Origin: a virus
Direction: 5' to 3' (one strand)
IMG/VR virus record: IMGVR_UViG_3300037068_000153
Span: 13,173 to 77,172 of that record
Length of the DNA stretch: 64,000 bases
Part shown: one piece after another, positions 41,741 to 51,231 of the stretch
Numbering within the stretch: the first letter of the stretch is position 1
How the letters are laid out: each line of letters starts with the position of its first letter
Position numbers and translations under genes: made by a program
The notes under the pieces: model-generated
Database searches by the model: none
Told to the model about the DNA's origin: nothing
Seen by the model: only the letters and a program-made list of their open reading frames with translations

Positions 41741-41983
41741 TTATCGGTTCTTCTCTCGCTGGCGCCGCTGCTCCTCGGCGTCGTCCTCAGCCGCCTCGTC
41801 TTGCGCGTCGAGCAGGTCATTGGCCATGAGGATGCGCTCACGGCTCAGCGTCGGAACATCGCCCAACGTGCACCACTTCCGCATCACGAGCCGGTAGACG
41901 GGCCAGGGCTGGACGTGTTTGACGTCGCGGAGCTTCCGCCCGCCGCGGGGCGGTCGCGCAACGCGCGGGCAAGGTCGAAAAAA
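41741..41983 (-). CDS. tail assembly chaperone -1 frameshift extension (gpGT-like)
   Basis: T TTT TTC heptamer at 41983-41977; the -1 frame is open to TAA 41741 (..WPVYRLV..TLGDV..ANDLLDAQ). Confidence 0.75.
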   Translation of the reverse strand, partial: FFRPCPRVARPPRGGRKLRDVKHVQPWPVYRLVMRKWCTLGDVPTLSRERILMANDLLDAQDEAAEDDAEEQRRQREKNR

Positions 41984-42369
41984 TCGGGGTAGCTCACCCT
42001 CACGGCATGGATGAGCAGGCGCCAGGTGTCGAGCGTGCGGCGCTGCAGGAGCACGTGGATCGGCTCGCCGGCGGCGCCCTGGTAGAGCAGCGTCCCGTTC
42101 ATCGTCGCGCCCGTGAGCAGCGTGCGCATGATGTACTTGAGGTCGTCGGGCGACAGCTTGCCGACCATGCTCTGCACGATCGGGCCGACCTTGGCGGCGA
42201 TCGCTGCCGCGTCAAAGCCTTCACCAACCGTCTCGTTGAGCGCGCCGGCGGCCATGACGAAGTCGACCACCAGCGGCAGCAGCTTCGGCTGCAAAAGGAA
42301 GCTCGCCTCGCCCCCGAGGGGGGAGACGGTAAAGACGTCGTTGCCGAGCTTGAGGGACGTGTCGACCAT
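41884..42369 (-). CDS. tail assembly chaperone
   Basis: Between tube and tape measure; ends YPDFF at the slippery site. Confidence 0.78.
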   Translation of the reverse strand: MVDTSLKLGNDVFTVSPLGGEASFLLQPKLLPLVVDFVMAAGALNETVGEGFDAAAIAAKVGPIVQSMVGKLSPDDLKYIMRTLLTGATMNGTLLYQGAAGEPIHVLLQRRTLDTWRLLIHAVRVSYPDFFDLARALRDRPAAGGSSATSNTSSPGPSTGS

Positions 42370-42372
42370 CGA

Positions 42373-42804
42373 TTACTGCCCCAGCGGCAGGATGCCACCC
42401 TGGATCATTTCGAGCTTGTCAGTCTGGATGACCCAGGTGACATCGCCCAACTCCTTGCCACGCTCGAGATCCGGCATCTTGACGATCCAGGCGTTCTGCG
42501 CGTTCGCCACGGCGGCGCCATTGCCATCCTTGACCTGGATCGGCACCACGCCTTGGCCGGTCTGCCGGTCGAGGATGGCCTGCGCCGAGAGGAGATCGTT
42601 CGAGGGGCTCGACTTCAGGAGCGTGATCTCGAACTTGCCCGCCTCGTTGGCGTTGCGGATGCGGCAGCCGCGGCCGTCGGCGCCGATCTCGAGCGAGTAT
42701 TGGTCCTCGTCGAACGACGCCTTGATGAACGTTCCCGCGGCGTACTCGACGATCGTGTTCGCCCCGACGGACATAGTGAACTTGGTCGGATCCCACTCGG
42801 CCAT
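42373..42804 (-). CDS. tail tube protein
   Basis: WDP.., IGADG, ITLLKSSPSN motifs; follows the sheath. Confidence 0.82.
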   Translation of the reverse strand: MAEWDPTKFTMSVGANTIVEYAAGTFIKASFDEDQYSLEIGADGRGCRIRNANEAGKFEITLLKSSPSNDLLSAQAILDRQTGQGVVPIQVKDGNGAAVANAQNAWIVKMPDLERGKELGDVTWVIQTDKLEMIQGGILPLGQ

Positions 42805-42813
42805 CGGTGCTCC

Positions 42814-44373
42814 TTACGGGCTCGCTTCGACGTTGACGGACAACTTGTTGATCGCTCCGGCCAACGTCCAGCCCGAGGCCACGCCCTTGAGCCAGCGGGC
42901 CTGCTTGTCGGCGGTCGAAATGTCCGCGACCGTCGGCGCGGTGACGGTAATCGGCGTGTCGGGCGAGTTGGGCGCGATGCCGCCAGCGCGCACGCCCTCG
43001 GTGTTCTGCGCCTTGACCTGCGTCTCCATGAGCGCAATGCCTGCGTCGGTGAAAGGCACCTTCTCAGCGTCCAGGAGCAGGTTGGCGACACGCTCCTGGA
43101 GACGCGCGACGTACCAGTCACGAAAGCGGATCACGTCGATATACTCATGGGCGGACACCAGCCCCGAGCCCTGCACCGCGTTCACCCCCGCGAAATCCGC
43201 GTAGTAGTTCGCATATTTGGCGGTGATGTTCGTGATCATCGTGTCGGTGTAGACCTTGATGGTCACGCCTGGGAGCGTCTTGTAGATCCAGTTGTCGCCG
43301 CCCGGGTTGATGGGGAACCAGCGCGCGATCTCGGCCGCGTCGAAGAAGTCATCCGGCGCCGTATGAAAGGCGGGTCCCGTGCGCGCGTAAGCCGCGTCGC
43401 GCAGCTTGTTGAACACGTCGGCGCCCGCAGCGACATACGCAACGGTGGCGATGGCCGAATCGGACGAGGCCACGATATACAGCTTCGTGTTAGCCTCGAC
43501 CCATGCCGCGGCCGCCTGCACCAGCAACGAGGAATTGTAGAGCGTCACGAGCCCATACCACGCGCTCGACGCCAGCTTGATGGCTGCGAGGTCGGCGGCG
43601 ATGCCCGGGTCAGCGTGGTTTTGCGCGACCGAGAGGAACGCCATGTCGAGAACCTCGACGGCGAAATAGGTCCCGGCGGCGTTCGCGGTCATGCGGAACG
43701 TCTTGGCGCCAACCGCGCCCTGGAGGCTGGTGGCCACGGGCATGACCGGCGCGGTCAGCTCGTCGACCAGCAGCTTGAGTCCGTAGACGATGGCGTCGTT
43801 GGTCGTAGTACCAACGGTGGCGCTGGCGCCCGCGTACATCCAATGGACCGTATTATCGGTGATGTCCGCGCTGGCGCCCGTCGGGCCGCCCGAGCCCGCC
43901 GACGTGCCCGACGTGATGCAGATGTAGTACTTGGCCGGCGTGTCATTGACGACGAGCTGGCCCTGGGTGTACGCCGTCCCCGCCGCCCACGACGCCGCCG
44001 CGGTCGCCGTGTAGTCGCACTCCTGCGACGTGAAAACGCTCGAGCCATTGTCGGCGGCGACGCGCAGCTTGTAGACCGCGTTCGCCACCTGGCTGTTGGT
44101 CCCGACGTCATACTGCTGCGTCGGCTTGTTGGCCGCGCGCCCGATCATGAGCTTCTGCAGCCCCGTCGTCTGCGCGAACATCTTCTGCGCCGCTAGGTAC
44201 TCGGGGGTGGCCGCGCCAAAGTCGGCGCCGACAGCGGTCAGGCTCGAGTAGGTGCGCGTGCGCTCGGCCCATGCGGCCGTATGCGACACGATGAGAGGGA
44301 TGCCGAAGCCGGCCGCCGTCACGCCCGGGTTCGACAGGGTGAAGGAGACGTTGACGATGTCGGCCAGGGACAT
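42814..44373 (-). CDS. tail sheath protein (DUF3383-like)
   Basis: IVNV..GFG, EYLAA, KTLPGV, YIDVIR, KVPFTDAGI, LAGAI. Confidence 0.88.
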   Translation of the reverse strand: MSLADIVNVSFTLSNPGVTAAGFGIPLIVSHTAAWAERTRTYSSLTAVGADFGAATPEYLAAQKMFAQTTGLQKLMIGRAANKPTQQYDVGTNSQVANAVYKLRVAADNGSSVFTSQECDYTATAAASWAAGTAYTQGQLVVNDTPAKYYICITSGTSAGSGGPTGASADITDNTVHWMYAGASATVGTTTNDAIVYGLKLLVDELTAPVMPVATSLQGAVGAKTFRMTANAAGTYFAVEVLDMAFLSVAQNHADPGIAADLAAIKLASSAWYGLVTLYNSSLLVQAAAAWVEANTKLYIVASSDSAIATVAYVAAGADVFNKLRDAAYARTGPAFHTAPDDFFDAAEIARWFPINPGGDNWIYKTLPGVTIKVYTDTMITNITAKYANYYADFAGVNAVQGSGLVSAHEYIDVIRFRDWYVARLQERVANLLLDAEKVPFTDAGIALMETQVKAQNTEGVRAGGIAPNSPDTPITVTAPTVADISTADKQARWLKGVASGWTLAGAINKLSVNVEASP

Positions 44374-44404
44374 GCTTTACATGTACCGTGCCGAATGTGT
44401 CACA
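44374..44404 (-). promoter_or_regulatory. late-type promoter element TGTGACAC-N11-TACATGTAAAGC-ATG
   Basis: Near-identical element with the same spacing at 51551-51581. Confidence 0.6.
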
Positions 44405-44415
44405 ATCTAGCGCAC

Positions 44416-44997
44416 CTAATCGGCGGCGTCCGAGTCGAAGGATTGAACCGAGTCACCGTTGACGCCACCGTGCATCGTCACCGTGCCCGACATGCGCTCG
44501 ATGTAGCCCACGTACTCGACGGCAGTCGGCGGCGGCATGTAGCAGCGCACCGTCGCCACGGCGCGACCGCGAAAGCGAGTCGAGGGCACGTCCGGGATCC
44601 ACTGCGGCGTGCCGGGGTCGAAGGGCGAGACGTCCTGGGCGGTGAGGATGGCGCGCACCGAAGGCAGCGTCAGCGCGAGAAGGAGGCGCGAGCACAGCTC
44701 GAGCGCACTATTCGAGCGCGCCGAAATAGCCTGCGTCGTGAAGCATTCGACCTCGAGCGGGTACTCGCGCCGACCACGCGCGCGGAGCTCAATCTCCTGC
44801 CCGGCCGGGCGCGACAGGTCGGTCGAGGTCTGAATGTAGTCGATGCCGAGGGTGATGGGACCGCCGAGCTGCAGCGTCACGTAGTCGGTCGCGAGCTGGC
44901 TGCGGTTCTGCCCCTTCCAGATCACCTGCCCGGCGCCGAGCCCGCTGGCGCGCACGATGGCGGCTTGGATAGCATCGCCGACGTCGTCCCAACTCAT
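44416..44997 (-). CDS. tail terminator / neck protein
   Basis: Position before the sheath; ATGA-coupled. Confidence 0.68.
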   Translation of the reverse strand: MSWDDVGDAIQAAIVRASGLGAGQVIWKGQNRSQLATDYVTLQLGGPITLGIDYIQTSTDLSRPAGQEIELRARGRREYPLEVECFTTQAISARSNSALELCSRLLLALTLPSVRAILTAQDVSPFDPGTPQWIPDVPSTRFRGRAVATVRCYMPPPTAVEYVGYIERMSGTVTMHGGVNGDSVQSFDSDAAD

Positions 44998-45392
44998 ACG
45001 TCGTCCGTCCCCGGCGTCGGCGCCTGCACGATGACACGGTAGGCTGCGGGCTGGGTCTGGTTCAGGAAGCCGCCCTGGTTGAAGGTCTCGACGTGCTGCA
45101 CCTCCCACGGCTGCCCGTCGATGGTCACCGTGTCGGCCTCGAAAGCGCTGTCGACGTCGCCGCAGTCCAGCTGGGACGTGGTGAAGAGCACGCGCGTCTC
45201 GTTCGCGCGGCGCCCCTCGGGCAGCCGCAAGAGATCCTTGCCCGTCGCCGGCTGCACACACGCTTTGATGTTGACGGTAAGGTCGTTGGTCGGCTGGAAC
45301 ACGCCGCGCACCACCTGTGCGCGCTGGCGCCGCGTGAGCACGTATGTCCCGCCCTGGGTAATGAACGACTCGATGAGCGCGGCGGTGTCCAC
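44994..45392 (-). CDS. head-closure protein
   Basis: VQPATGKDLLRLPEG motif. Confidence 0.72.
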   Translation of the reverse strand: MDTAALIESFITQGGTYVLTRRQRAQVVRGVFQPTNDLTVNIKACVQPATGKDLLRLPEGRRANETRVLFTTSQLDCGDVDSAFEADTVTIDGQPWEVQHVETFNQGGFLNQTQPAAYRVIVQAPTPGTDDV

Positions 45393-45401
45393 AGCCCGAT
45401 G

Positions 45402-45893
45402 CTACTCGCCTTCGCTTTTGTCGTCGAGCGCCCACGTGATGCTGTTGCGCAGCCGGCCAGTATCGATCAGCGTCGTGGACGAGCCCTTGCGCGCGACCGT
45501 CGCGGGCTTGTCAGGCGGCGGGATGCTGCTGGTGATCTTCGTTTTGACATCCGATGCCAGCTGCGCGCCGATGAGCCCAAGCGCGCGATCGACCTCCATC
45601 TTACCGTCGAGCACCTCGCCGATCAGCTTCTCACCGGTGCGCACCAGCTCCTCGCGCTTCTGGTCAAAAGTCGAACGCAAGAACGAGCGCTCGGGGATGG
45701 CTCCGTCCTCGGTCCCGAACTCATGGACGGCCGCCAGTTCTACCAGCGTAATCGAGCCTTCGCCATCGTGTCCCTTGTCGGAGAGCACACCGACGCGCAC
45801 GCGCTTGTCCTTGATCTCGCGCGCGCGGCGCATGAAGTCGGTCCAACCAGTATCCTTGACCCTGACGCCGACTCTGCCCCTGCCCTTCGCCAT
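45402..45893 (-). CDS. neck / tail completion protein
   Basis: HEFGT..IPERSFLR, TVARKGSS.TLIDTGRL. Confidence 0.8.
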   Translation of the reverse strand: MAKGRGRVGVRVKDTGWTDFMRRAREIKDKRVRVGVLSDKGHDGEGSITLVELAAVHEFGTEDGAIPERSFLRSTFDQKREELVRTGEKLIGEVLDGKMEVDRALGLIGAQLASDVKTKITSSIPPPDKPATVARKGSSTTLIDTGRLRNSITWALDDKSEGE

Positions 45894-45899
45894 CGGCGG

Positions 45900-46304
45900 C
45901 TACCGGTTCTGCAGAAGCTCGTCGAGCTCGAGCTTGATGACGAGGTCGCTGGCCGAGATGCACTGGAAATGCGGCCGACAGGTGACGGGCTGGCCGAGCA
46001 TGCGCCCTTGGGCCTGTGCCGCCAGCTGGCAGCGGCGCGCGTGCTGGCTGTCCGCCGGCCACGCCCCGCGCATGGCATCCGCGCCAGGCGGGCGGTAGAC
46101 GGGGTTGGCGCCTGCACCGATCTTGGTGAGCCCGACGGCGACCGCGATCACGTCGACGAGGTCCTGATCTTCGGCTGGCCAGCCGCGCTTGCGCATGAAC
46201 TCGGGCACGCGCTTGACGAGGTCGAGCCCTCGCACGGGGCCGGCGATGAAGGCGTAGCGCGCGACGGCCCGCTGCGCCTCGGGGGAACGCTCGCGCTCAG
46301 ACAT
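45900..46304 (-). CDS. hypothetical protein
   Basis: Fills the operon gap. Confidence 0.45.
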   Translation of the reverse strand: MSERERSPEAQRAVARYAFIAGPVRGLDLVKRVPEFMRKRGWPAEDQDLVDVIAVAVGLTKIGAGANPVYRPPGADAMRGAWPADSQHARRCQLAAQAQGRMLGQPVTCRPHFQCISASDLVIKLELDELLQNR

Positions 46305-46563
46305 CGTGCACCGGGCACTCGATGGCCTCGAGTTGCATCCCTCCGCGCGGGCAGGTGCAGCCCTTGGGGCGTGCTCCGTCTCCACCCATGGTATACGTCC
46401 CCGCCGTACCCATGGCCGCCTGCGCGCGCCTGGCGTTGATCGCTTGCACGCGCGCGATCGCCATCGCCTCGGTGGGCAGCGTCTCGAGCACGCGCTCGTG
46501 CACGCCCTTCTCCTCGACGACGTCCCACTCGAAATCGCCCCTGCATTTGATGACGATGGGCAT
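46297..46563 (-). CDS. hypothetical protein
   Basis: Coupled to the upstream stop; CTCP..CPVH. Confidence 0.5.
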   Translation of the reverse strand: MPIVIKCRGDFEWDVVEEKGVHERVLETLPTEAMAIARVQAINARRAQAAMGTAGTYTMGGDGARPKGCTCPRGGMQLEAIECPVHDV

Positions 46564-46895
46564 CAGACGATGATCCCAGGAACGGCGATCGCGATCTGCG
46601 TCAGACGATAGTACTCCGCCCCGTAGGTCGACAGCGCGAGCGAGCCCATGATGCCGGGCGGCAGCGCATACGAGCGCGCCATGACGCCCAGGGTCTCAGA
46701 GGTGACGAGCCCCTCGTTGCCGCGGATGGAGGCGAGGTGCGCGGCAAGGTAACGCGCGCCGTCGTCGGCGAACGCGCCCCACGCGTCGGGGTCGATCTGT
46801 CGGTCGACCACAGCGAGGATGGCGGCCTGCGTCGGCGTCTCGACCGAGACCAACTCGGGGGCGATGCCGACGACGTCGGTCCAGGTGATGCTCAC
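46563..46895 (-). CDS. head-tail adaptor (DUF4054-like)
   Basis: PEL, YLAAHL, STYGAEYYRL motifs. Confidence 0.78.
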   Translation of the reverse strand: MSITWTDVVGIAPELVSVETPTQAAILAVVDRQIDPDAWGAFADDGARYLAAHLASIRGNEGLVTSETLGVMARSYALPPGIMGSLALSTYGAEYYRLTQIAIAVPGIIV

Positions 46896-46898
46896 CGA

Positions 46899-47420
46899 CT
46901 AGCGCCCCGCCGCCGCCGGGCCGCCCTCGGGCTTGACGTCGAGCTCGCGGATGCGATTGTCGAGCAGCAGCCGCACCTCGGGCCGCCCCTCGCTCGCCAG
47001 CCACCCGCGGAGCGTGCTCAAGACGAAGGTCTCGTCGATGAGCAGCTTGGCGACCTCGGGCTTGAGCGCCTTCAGCGGCAGCTCCTTGTCGACCTGCAGC
47101 GGCACCTTCTTGCCGTCCTTGCCGTCGACCTCGAGGGTCGCCAGGATGGTCGAGCCCACCTTCTCGGGGTTGTTTTCGGGCGCCAGACTGCGCTCGATCT
47201 TGGTCGTGAAATACCGCGCGAAAGCCTCGTTCTTGCCGAGCGCCTCGATGTCGGCCACATCGACAAGGTTCGCCCCGGGCAATAGCGTCACGACGCGGTT
47301 GATCGGGATGCCGCCGCCCTTGACCTTCTTCAGGAGCTCGGGGTCGGGCTGCAGCTGCCCCTGGACGAGCGACTCGCGGTTGTTGATGACGACGATGGCC
47401 TGGGTCTGCGCAGTTTGCAT
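46899..47420 (-). CDS. hypothetical head-associated protein
   Basis: Follows the capsid gene; own promoter TTGACA-N17-GATTCT-N6-ATG. Confidence 0.65.
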   Translation of the reverse strand: MQTAQTQAIVVINNRESLVQGQLQPDPELLKKVKGGGIPINRVVTLLPGANLVDVADIEALGKNEAFARYFTTKIERSLAPENNPEKVGSTILATLEVDGKDGKKVPLQVDKELPLKALKPEVAKLLIDETFVLSTLRGWLASEGRPEVRLLLDNRIRELDVKPEGGPAAAGR

Positions 47421-47462
47421 ACGCCCAGAATCGCGCGTGAAATCGCACGTGTCAAGCGCACC

Positions 47463-47488
47463 AAAAGCAACGGCCCCTTTCGGGGCCG
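47463..47488 (-). terminator. Rho-independent terminator after major capsid gene
   Basis: CGGCCCC-GAAA-GGGGCCG hairpin followed by TTGCTTTT on the minus strand. Confidence 0.7.
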
Positions 47489-47533
47489 CGCGGCCCTACC
47501 GCCGAGGCGATAGGGGAAGTATCAAAATTGCCT

Positions 47534-48586
47534 TTAGATATTGTCCATATACGACAGCGACAGCGGATACGGCGAGAACACGCCCGCCGTCTTGGCGACG
47601 CAGTCGACGGAAAACTCGAGGTTCTCGTACTGCGGCGGCATCTGCCGGAACATCTGCGAGATCATGTGCTTGACGTAGCGCTTGTTGTTGATATACGCCA
47701 AGCAGCGGTCGGTGCCGCCCGAGCCCGCGCCCGCGCAGTACTGCCACGAATCGATGGTAATGCCGGGCTTGATTTTCTTGTAGAAGCTGAAGACCGTCTC
47801 GTCGCTGCCATCGCCCATGCGCTGGCCATTGGCCTGCTCGTACTGGGTGATGGGCAAAAGGAACGTGTCGGGGGTGAAGATCTTGAACGTGCCCGCGACC
47901 ATGGCCGCATACTGCCCGGTCAGGTCGGCCACCTTCTCGTCGGGCGTCTTGAAGAGCCACTGCGTCGAGCCCTGCGCGCCGGTGGCCGGCGTGTAGAGCG
48001 AGGCGCTCGGCTGGTTCAGGATGCCCAGCAGGCCGACGTCAGGGCCGATGCCGATCGACAAGCCCGGGATGGTCGACGACGTGGCCGAGCCGATGCCCGA
48101 CACCGCATCGAGACCCTTGTTGATGCCCTCGCGGGCACCCATGGCCTGCTCCATGTCGATGTTCAGGGCCGGGCCGCCGTTCTGCGCGGAGAACTGCGCC
48201 GCGAGCAGGTCGTCGAGCGTGTACTCGTACGACATGCCCAGGCGGTAGAACTGGTGCTGGAACTCACGCACGAACAGCTTCGACGTCGGCAGATCGCCGC
48301 CGCGCTCGGTAACGAGCTTGGCGATACCGACGCGGGTGTACTGCTTGTACGCCGTCCCCTTGGCGCCCTCGGGCGTGCTGGCGTCGATGGGCACATACTT
48401 GAGCCCCTCGAGCGGTGGGAACAGCGTGTTGTAGGTCTCGGTCTCGACCCACAGAAGAGCGCGCTCGACGAAGAGCGTCTCGCCGACGTCCTGGCGCACG
48501 CCCGCGTCGTCGTAGACGGAGTACGCGCGGCCCGGAAACATCTCGTGAGTCTCGGCGTCGTAACGATAGCTCGGGGGCAGTCGCAT
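47534..48586 (-). CDS. major capsid protein (DUF2184-like)
   Basis: GIAK..DLP, YEYTLDDL, GLLGILNQP, PDTFLLP, TAGV..YP; follows the decoration gene. Confidence 0.87.
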   Translation of the reverse strand: MRLPPSYRYDAETHEMFPGRAYSVYDDAGVRQDVGETLFVERALLWVETETYNTLFPPLEGLKYVPIDASTPEGAKGTAYKQYTRVGIAKLVTERGGDLPTSKLFVREFQHQFYRLGMSYEYTLDDLLAAQFSAQNGGPALNIDMEQAMGAREGINKGLDAVSGIGSATSSTIPGLSIGIGPDVGLLGILNQPSASLYTPATGAQGSTQWLFKTPDEKVADLTGQYAAMVAGTFKIFTPDTFLLPITQYEQANGQRMGDGSDETVFSFYKKIKPGITIDSWQYCAGAGSGGTDRCLAYINNKRYVKHMISQMFRQMPPQYENLEFSVDCVAKTAGVFSPYPLSLSYMDNI

Positions 48587-48595
48587 TGGCGCTCC

Positions 48596-49198
48596 TTAGA
48601 ACGACCGGTTGGTGAAGTCGGTCTCGAGGATCGCCACCTTCGTGACGCCGTCGGCCGCGGTGTAGGTGCCCGAGCGGAACACGCCCTGGCGGGTGCAGTC
48701 GATCATGTACGACGAGCCCGTGCCCGCCGCGTTGTAGCCCGTGCCCGCCCAGATACCCTGAATGTTGGCGGAACTCGACGTGCCGGTGGCGATGCCGCGG
48801 CACCAGGCGCGGTCGCCCGCGACGACGGCGATCTCGACGGGGACAATGAATCGGCCCTCGCGTCCCACCTGCATGCCCGCGTTGGGCAAGAGGCCCGAGC
48901 CGCCGAGGTCGCCAGCGAAGTTGCCGGCCGGGTCGGCGGCGCCCTGCTTCATATGGTTGTAGGAGAAGACGTTGATGCCCGCCACCTCCATCCCGGGCGA
49001 ACCACCCGAGAAGCCCGAGGCGAGCAAGAAGCCGTCGCCGTTCGAGCCCGGCTGCACGCGCACGCCGAGGCCGAAGCCGATCTGGTTGGTCGCCTCCTTG
49101 TTGAAGCCGGAGACGATATCGCGCCCCTCGGCCGAGTCGGCAACTTGGCCGGCGAGGCCGATTGCCTGGCCGCCGGCGGAAACGGTGGTCTGCGACAT
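48596..49198 (-). CDS. capsid decoration / cement protein
   Basis: LAGQVAD..IGFGLGV; lies between the protease and capsid genes. Confidence 0.72.
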   Translation of the reverse strand: MSQTTVSAGGQAIGLAGQVADSAEGRDIVSGFNKEATNQIGFGLGVRVQPGSNGDGFLLASGFSGGSPGMEVAGINVFSYNHMKQGAADPAGNFAGDLGGSGLLPNAGMQVGREGRFIVPVEIAVVAGDRAWCRGIATGTSSSANIQGIWAGTGYNAAGTGSSYMIDCTRQGVFRSGTYTAADGVTKVAILETDFTNRSF

Positions 49199-49207
49199 GG
49201 CCGGCTC

Positions 49208-50956
49208 CTACGCCTTGGACGCCAGCTTGGCGTCATGCTGGGGATGGTTGGGGTTCGCGCGCAACATGCGGTCGATCATCGACTGGCGTGCCGCCTCGGG
49301 GTCGACTCGACCGCCCATGTCGACGCGGTCGCCGGCGATCACGGGCGGCTGCGGGACGGCGCCCTGCGCGGCGCGCGCGGCGTCGATCGCGCTCGGCGTT
49401 TTCTTGGCGGCGGCGTCGACCGCGGCGTCGTACCGCGCCTGAACGTACTCGGCCGACTTACCGTCGAGCTTGGCCGTCGGATCAAGCTTGGCGACCACGA
49501 GCCGCTTGATCTCGTCGTCGGTCTTGGCGGCGACCTGCTTGTTGTCCTTGCTCGTGTACGCGTCGAACTTCTCGTTGGCGCCGAGGTGCTTACGCGCCTC
49601 GACGAGCAGAGCGGCGCGCGCGCCGGCGCGGGCCTCGATGATGGGCTGGACGAAGGCGGCGAACTTCGCCGCGTCGACGGCGTCGCCGACCGCGATCTCC
49701 GCGCCGTCGAGCTTGATCGGGGCGCGCTCCTCGGCCAGCTTGCCATCGAGCTTGCCTTGGACCGAGTCACGCTCCTTGACCGCACCGTCGCGCAGCTTCT
49801 CGGCGTTGTCGGCGCGCAGCTTCTCGGCCGCGACCTTCTCCTCGGCCGCCTTGGTCAGGCTGACGACGAAGCCATCGAAGGCGGCTTGCGCATTGGCGTC
49901 GGCCACCTCGAAAGTCATTCCGTTGATGATCAGCTTCGCCATCGATTTTCCCTCACTATTCAAAGATGCCGTTTCTCGTGTGTCACACGCAAACGTGGCC
50001 TCCGCGTCACCCGCGTCCAGACGCAGCCGCGCGTCCGCGCCGGCGCGCGCCATGTCGACGAGCGCGACGTGGTTGACGACGATGTCGCGTTGGACGGCGT
50101 CGTAGCGCTGCCCCTGCCACTCGCCCGACTGCGCGTCGAGCCGGCAGGTATAGCCAACGGAGAGCTGCACGCGGCCACCCTTGGCGGCGGCGATCGCGTC
50201 GGCGCGCCAAATCGACAGCGGCGCCGTCACCCAGCCGTCGTTCTTGAGCTCGGCGGCGCCGACCGCGCCCACCGCGTACTTCTGCGCGTTGTCGGGCGAG
50301 ACCATCTCGACCGGATGCGTGTTCGTCATCGGCTGCAGCGGAAAAGAGGGGAGCGACTTGCGCACCTCCTCGGGCAGCCGGAGCTCACGGCGCGTACCAC
50401 CCTGGCCGTCGCGGTACTCCTGAATGCCCGTGCGCGCGACGCGGCCGGCGACCTGCAAAAAGCCATCCTCGGTCGTGCGCGCCCGCGGCAGCTCGCCCGG
50501 CGCGAAGTCGATGCGCTCGTAACGACGCACGACGATGGCATCGGCGCGATCTTCATCCTCGTCGGGCTCGGCCTCCGCCTGCGCGGCCTCGCGGGTCGAG
50601 TGCCACGACGAGATCTTGCCCGAATTCTTATCGAGCACGCCCCAGCGCCCGCCCGTCTGCGGCGTCGCGTCGGTCATGCACGCGGCGCCCGAGCCGTCGC
50701 ACATGACCGCGTCCATGTTGGTCGCGCTCTGCGTCTCCTCGCCGTAGCTGCCGCCTGGCGCCACGTGGTCGACGTACTTGGCGTCGACGACGGGCACCAT
50801 CTGCCCGCAGCCGTCGCACTTCGCGCCGTCGTAGGTCGCGTCGCCCTTGTTGTAGGAGGCCCAGGCGACCGCGAAGGGGTTGTCGACCCCGGGCTGCTCC
50901 TTGAGCTTGCGGACCTGCTCCTCACGGCCTGGGGGCGCGACGTCGTTCTTGCTCAT
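49208..50956 (-). CDS. DUF2213-like prohead protease/scaffold
   Basis: ARTGIQEY, PMTNTHP, QLSVGY, NHVALV..ARAG motifs; helical C-terminus. Confidence 0.87.
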   Translation of the reverse strand: MSKNDVAPPGREEQVRKLKEQPGVDNPFAVAWASYNKGDATYDGAKCDGCGQMVPVVDAKYVDHVAPGGSYGEETQSATNMDAVMCDGSGAACMTDATPQTGGRWGVLDKNSGKISSWHSTREAAQAEAEPDEDEDRADAIVVRRYERIDFAPGELPRARTTEDGFLQVAGRVARTGIQEYRDGQGGTRRELRLPEEVRKSLPSFPLQPMTNTHPVEMVSPDNAQKYAVGAVGAAELKNDGWVTAPLSIWRADAIAAAKGGRVQLSVGYTCRLDAQSGEWQGQRYDAVQRDIVVNHVALVDMARAGADARLRLDAGDAEATFACDTRETASLNSEGKSMAKLIINGMTFEVADANAQAAFDGFVVSLTKAAEEKVAAEKLRADNAEKLRDGAVKERDSVQGKLDGKLAEERAPIKLDGAEIAVGDAVDAAKFAAFVQPIIEARAGARAALLVEARKHLGANEKFDAYTSKDNKQVAAKTDDEIKRLVVAKLDPTAKLDGKSAEYVQARYDAAVDAAAKKTPSAIDAARAAQGAVPQPPVIAGDRVDMGGRVDPEAARQSMIDRMLRANPNHPQHDAKLASKA

Positions 50957-51231
50957 CGGTCGTCTGTCCTGTTAACGCGCGAGGCCGCGCAACGCCGCGC
51001 ACACTTGCCCTCGTCGTCGAGCACGTCGTCGCACCACGGGCAGCGCGGTCGCGCCTCGTCGACCACGACGTCGCCCTCGACCAGAGGGCCGCCATCAGCG
51101 TCGCGGCGAACGCGCCCCTGCGCCAGCAATTCGCGCACGTCCGGGCTCATCGCGGCTTCGGCTTGGGCTGCGGTTTGACCTTCGGCTTGACGTGCCTGAT
51201 ACGCTCGACCATCACGCGTTCGGGCTCGCAT
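50953..51231 (-). CDS. small Zn-finger hypothetical protein
   Basis: CPWC..CARRC; coupled to the next gene. Confidence 0.45.
   Translation of the reverse strand: MRARTRDGRAYQARQAEGQTAAQAEAAMSPDVRELLAQGRVRRDADGGPLVEGDVVVDEARPRCPWCDDVLDDEGKCARRCAASRVNRTDDR

Noticed and set aside
47528-51178. 1216-aa + strand ORF, and similar long antisense ORFs (2092-4176, 42007-44196, 29150-30739, 27300-28877)
   Set aside because: Shadow frames opposite well-supported genes in high-GC DNA, with no motifs of their own.
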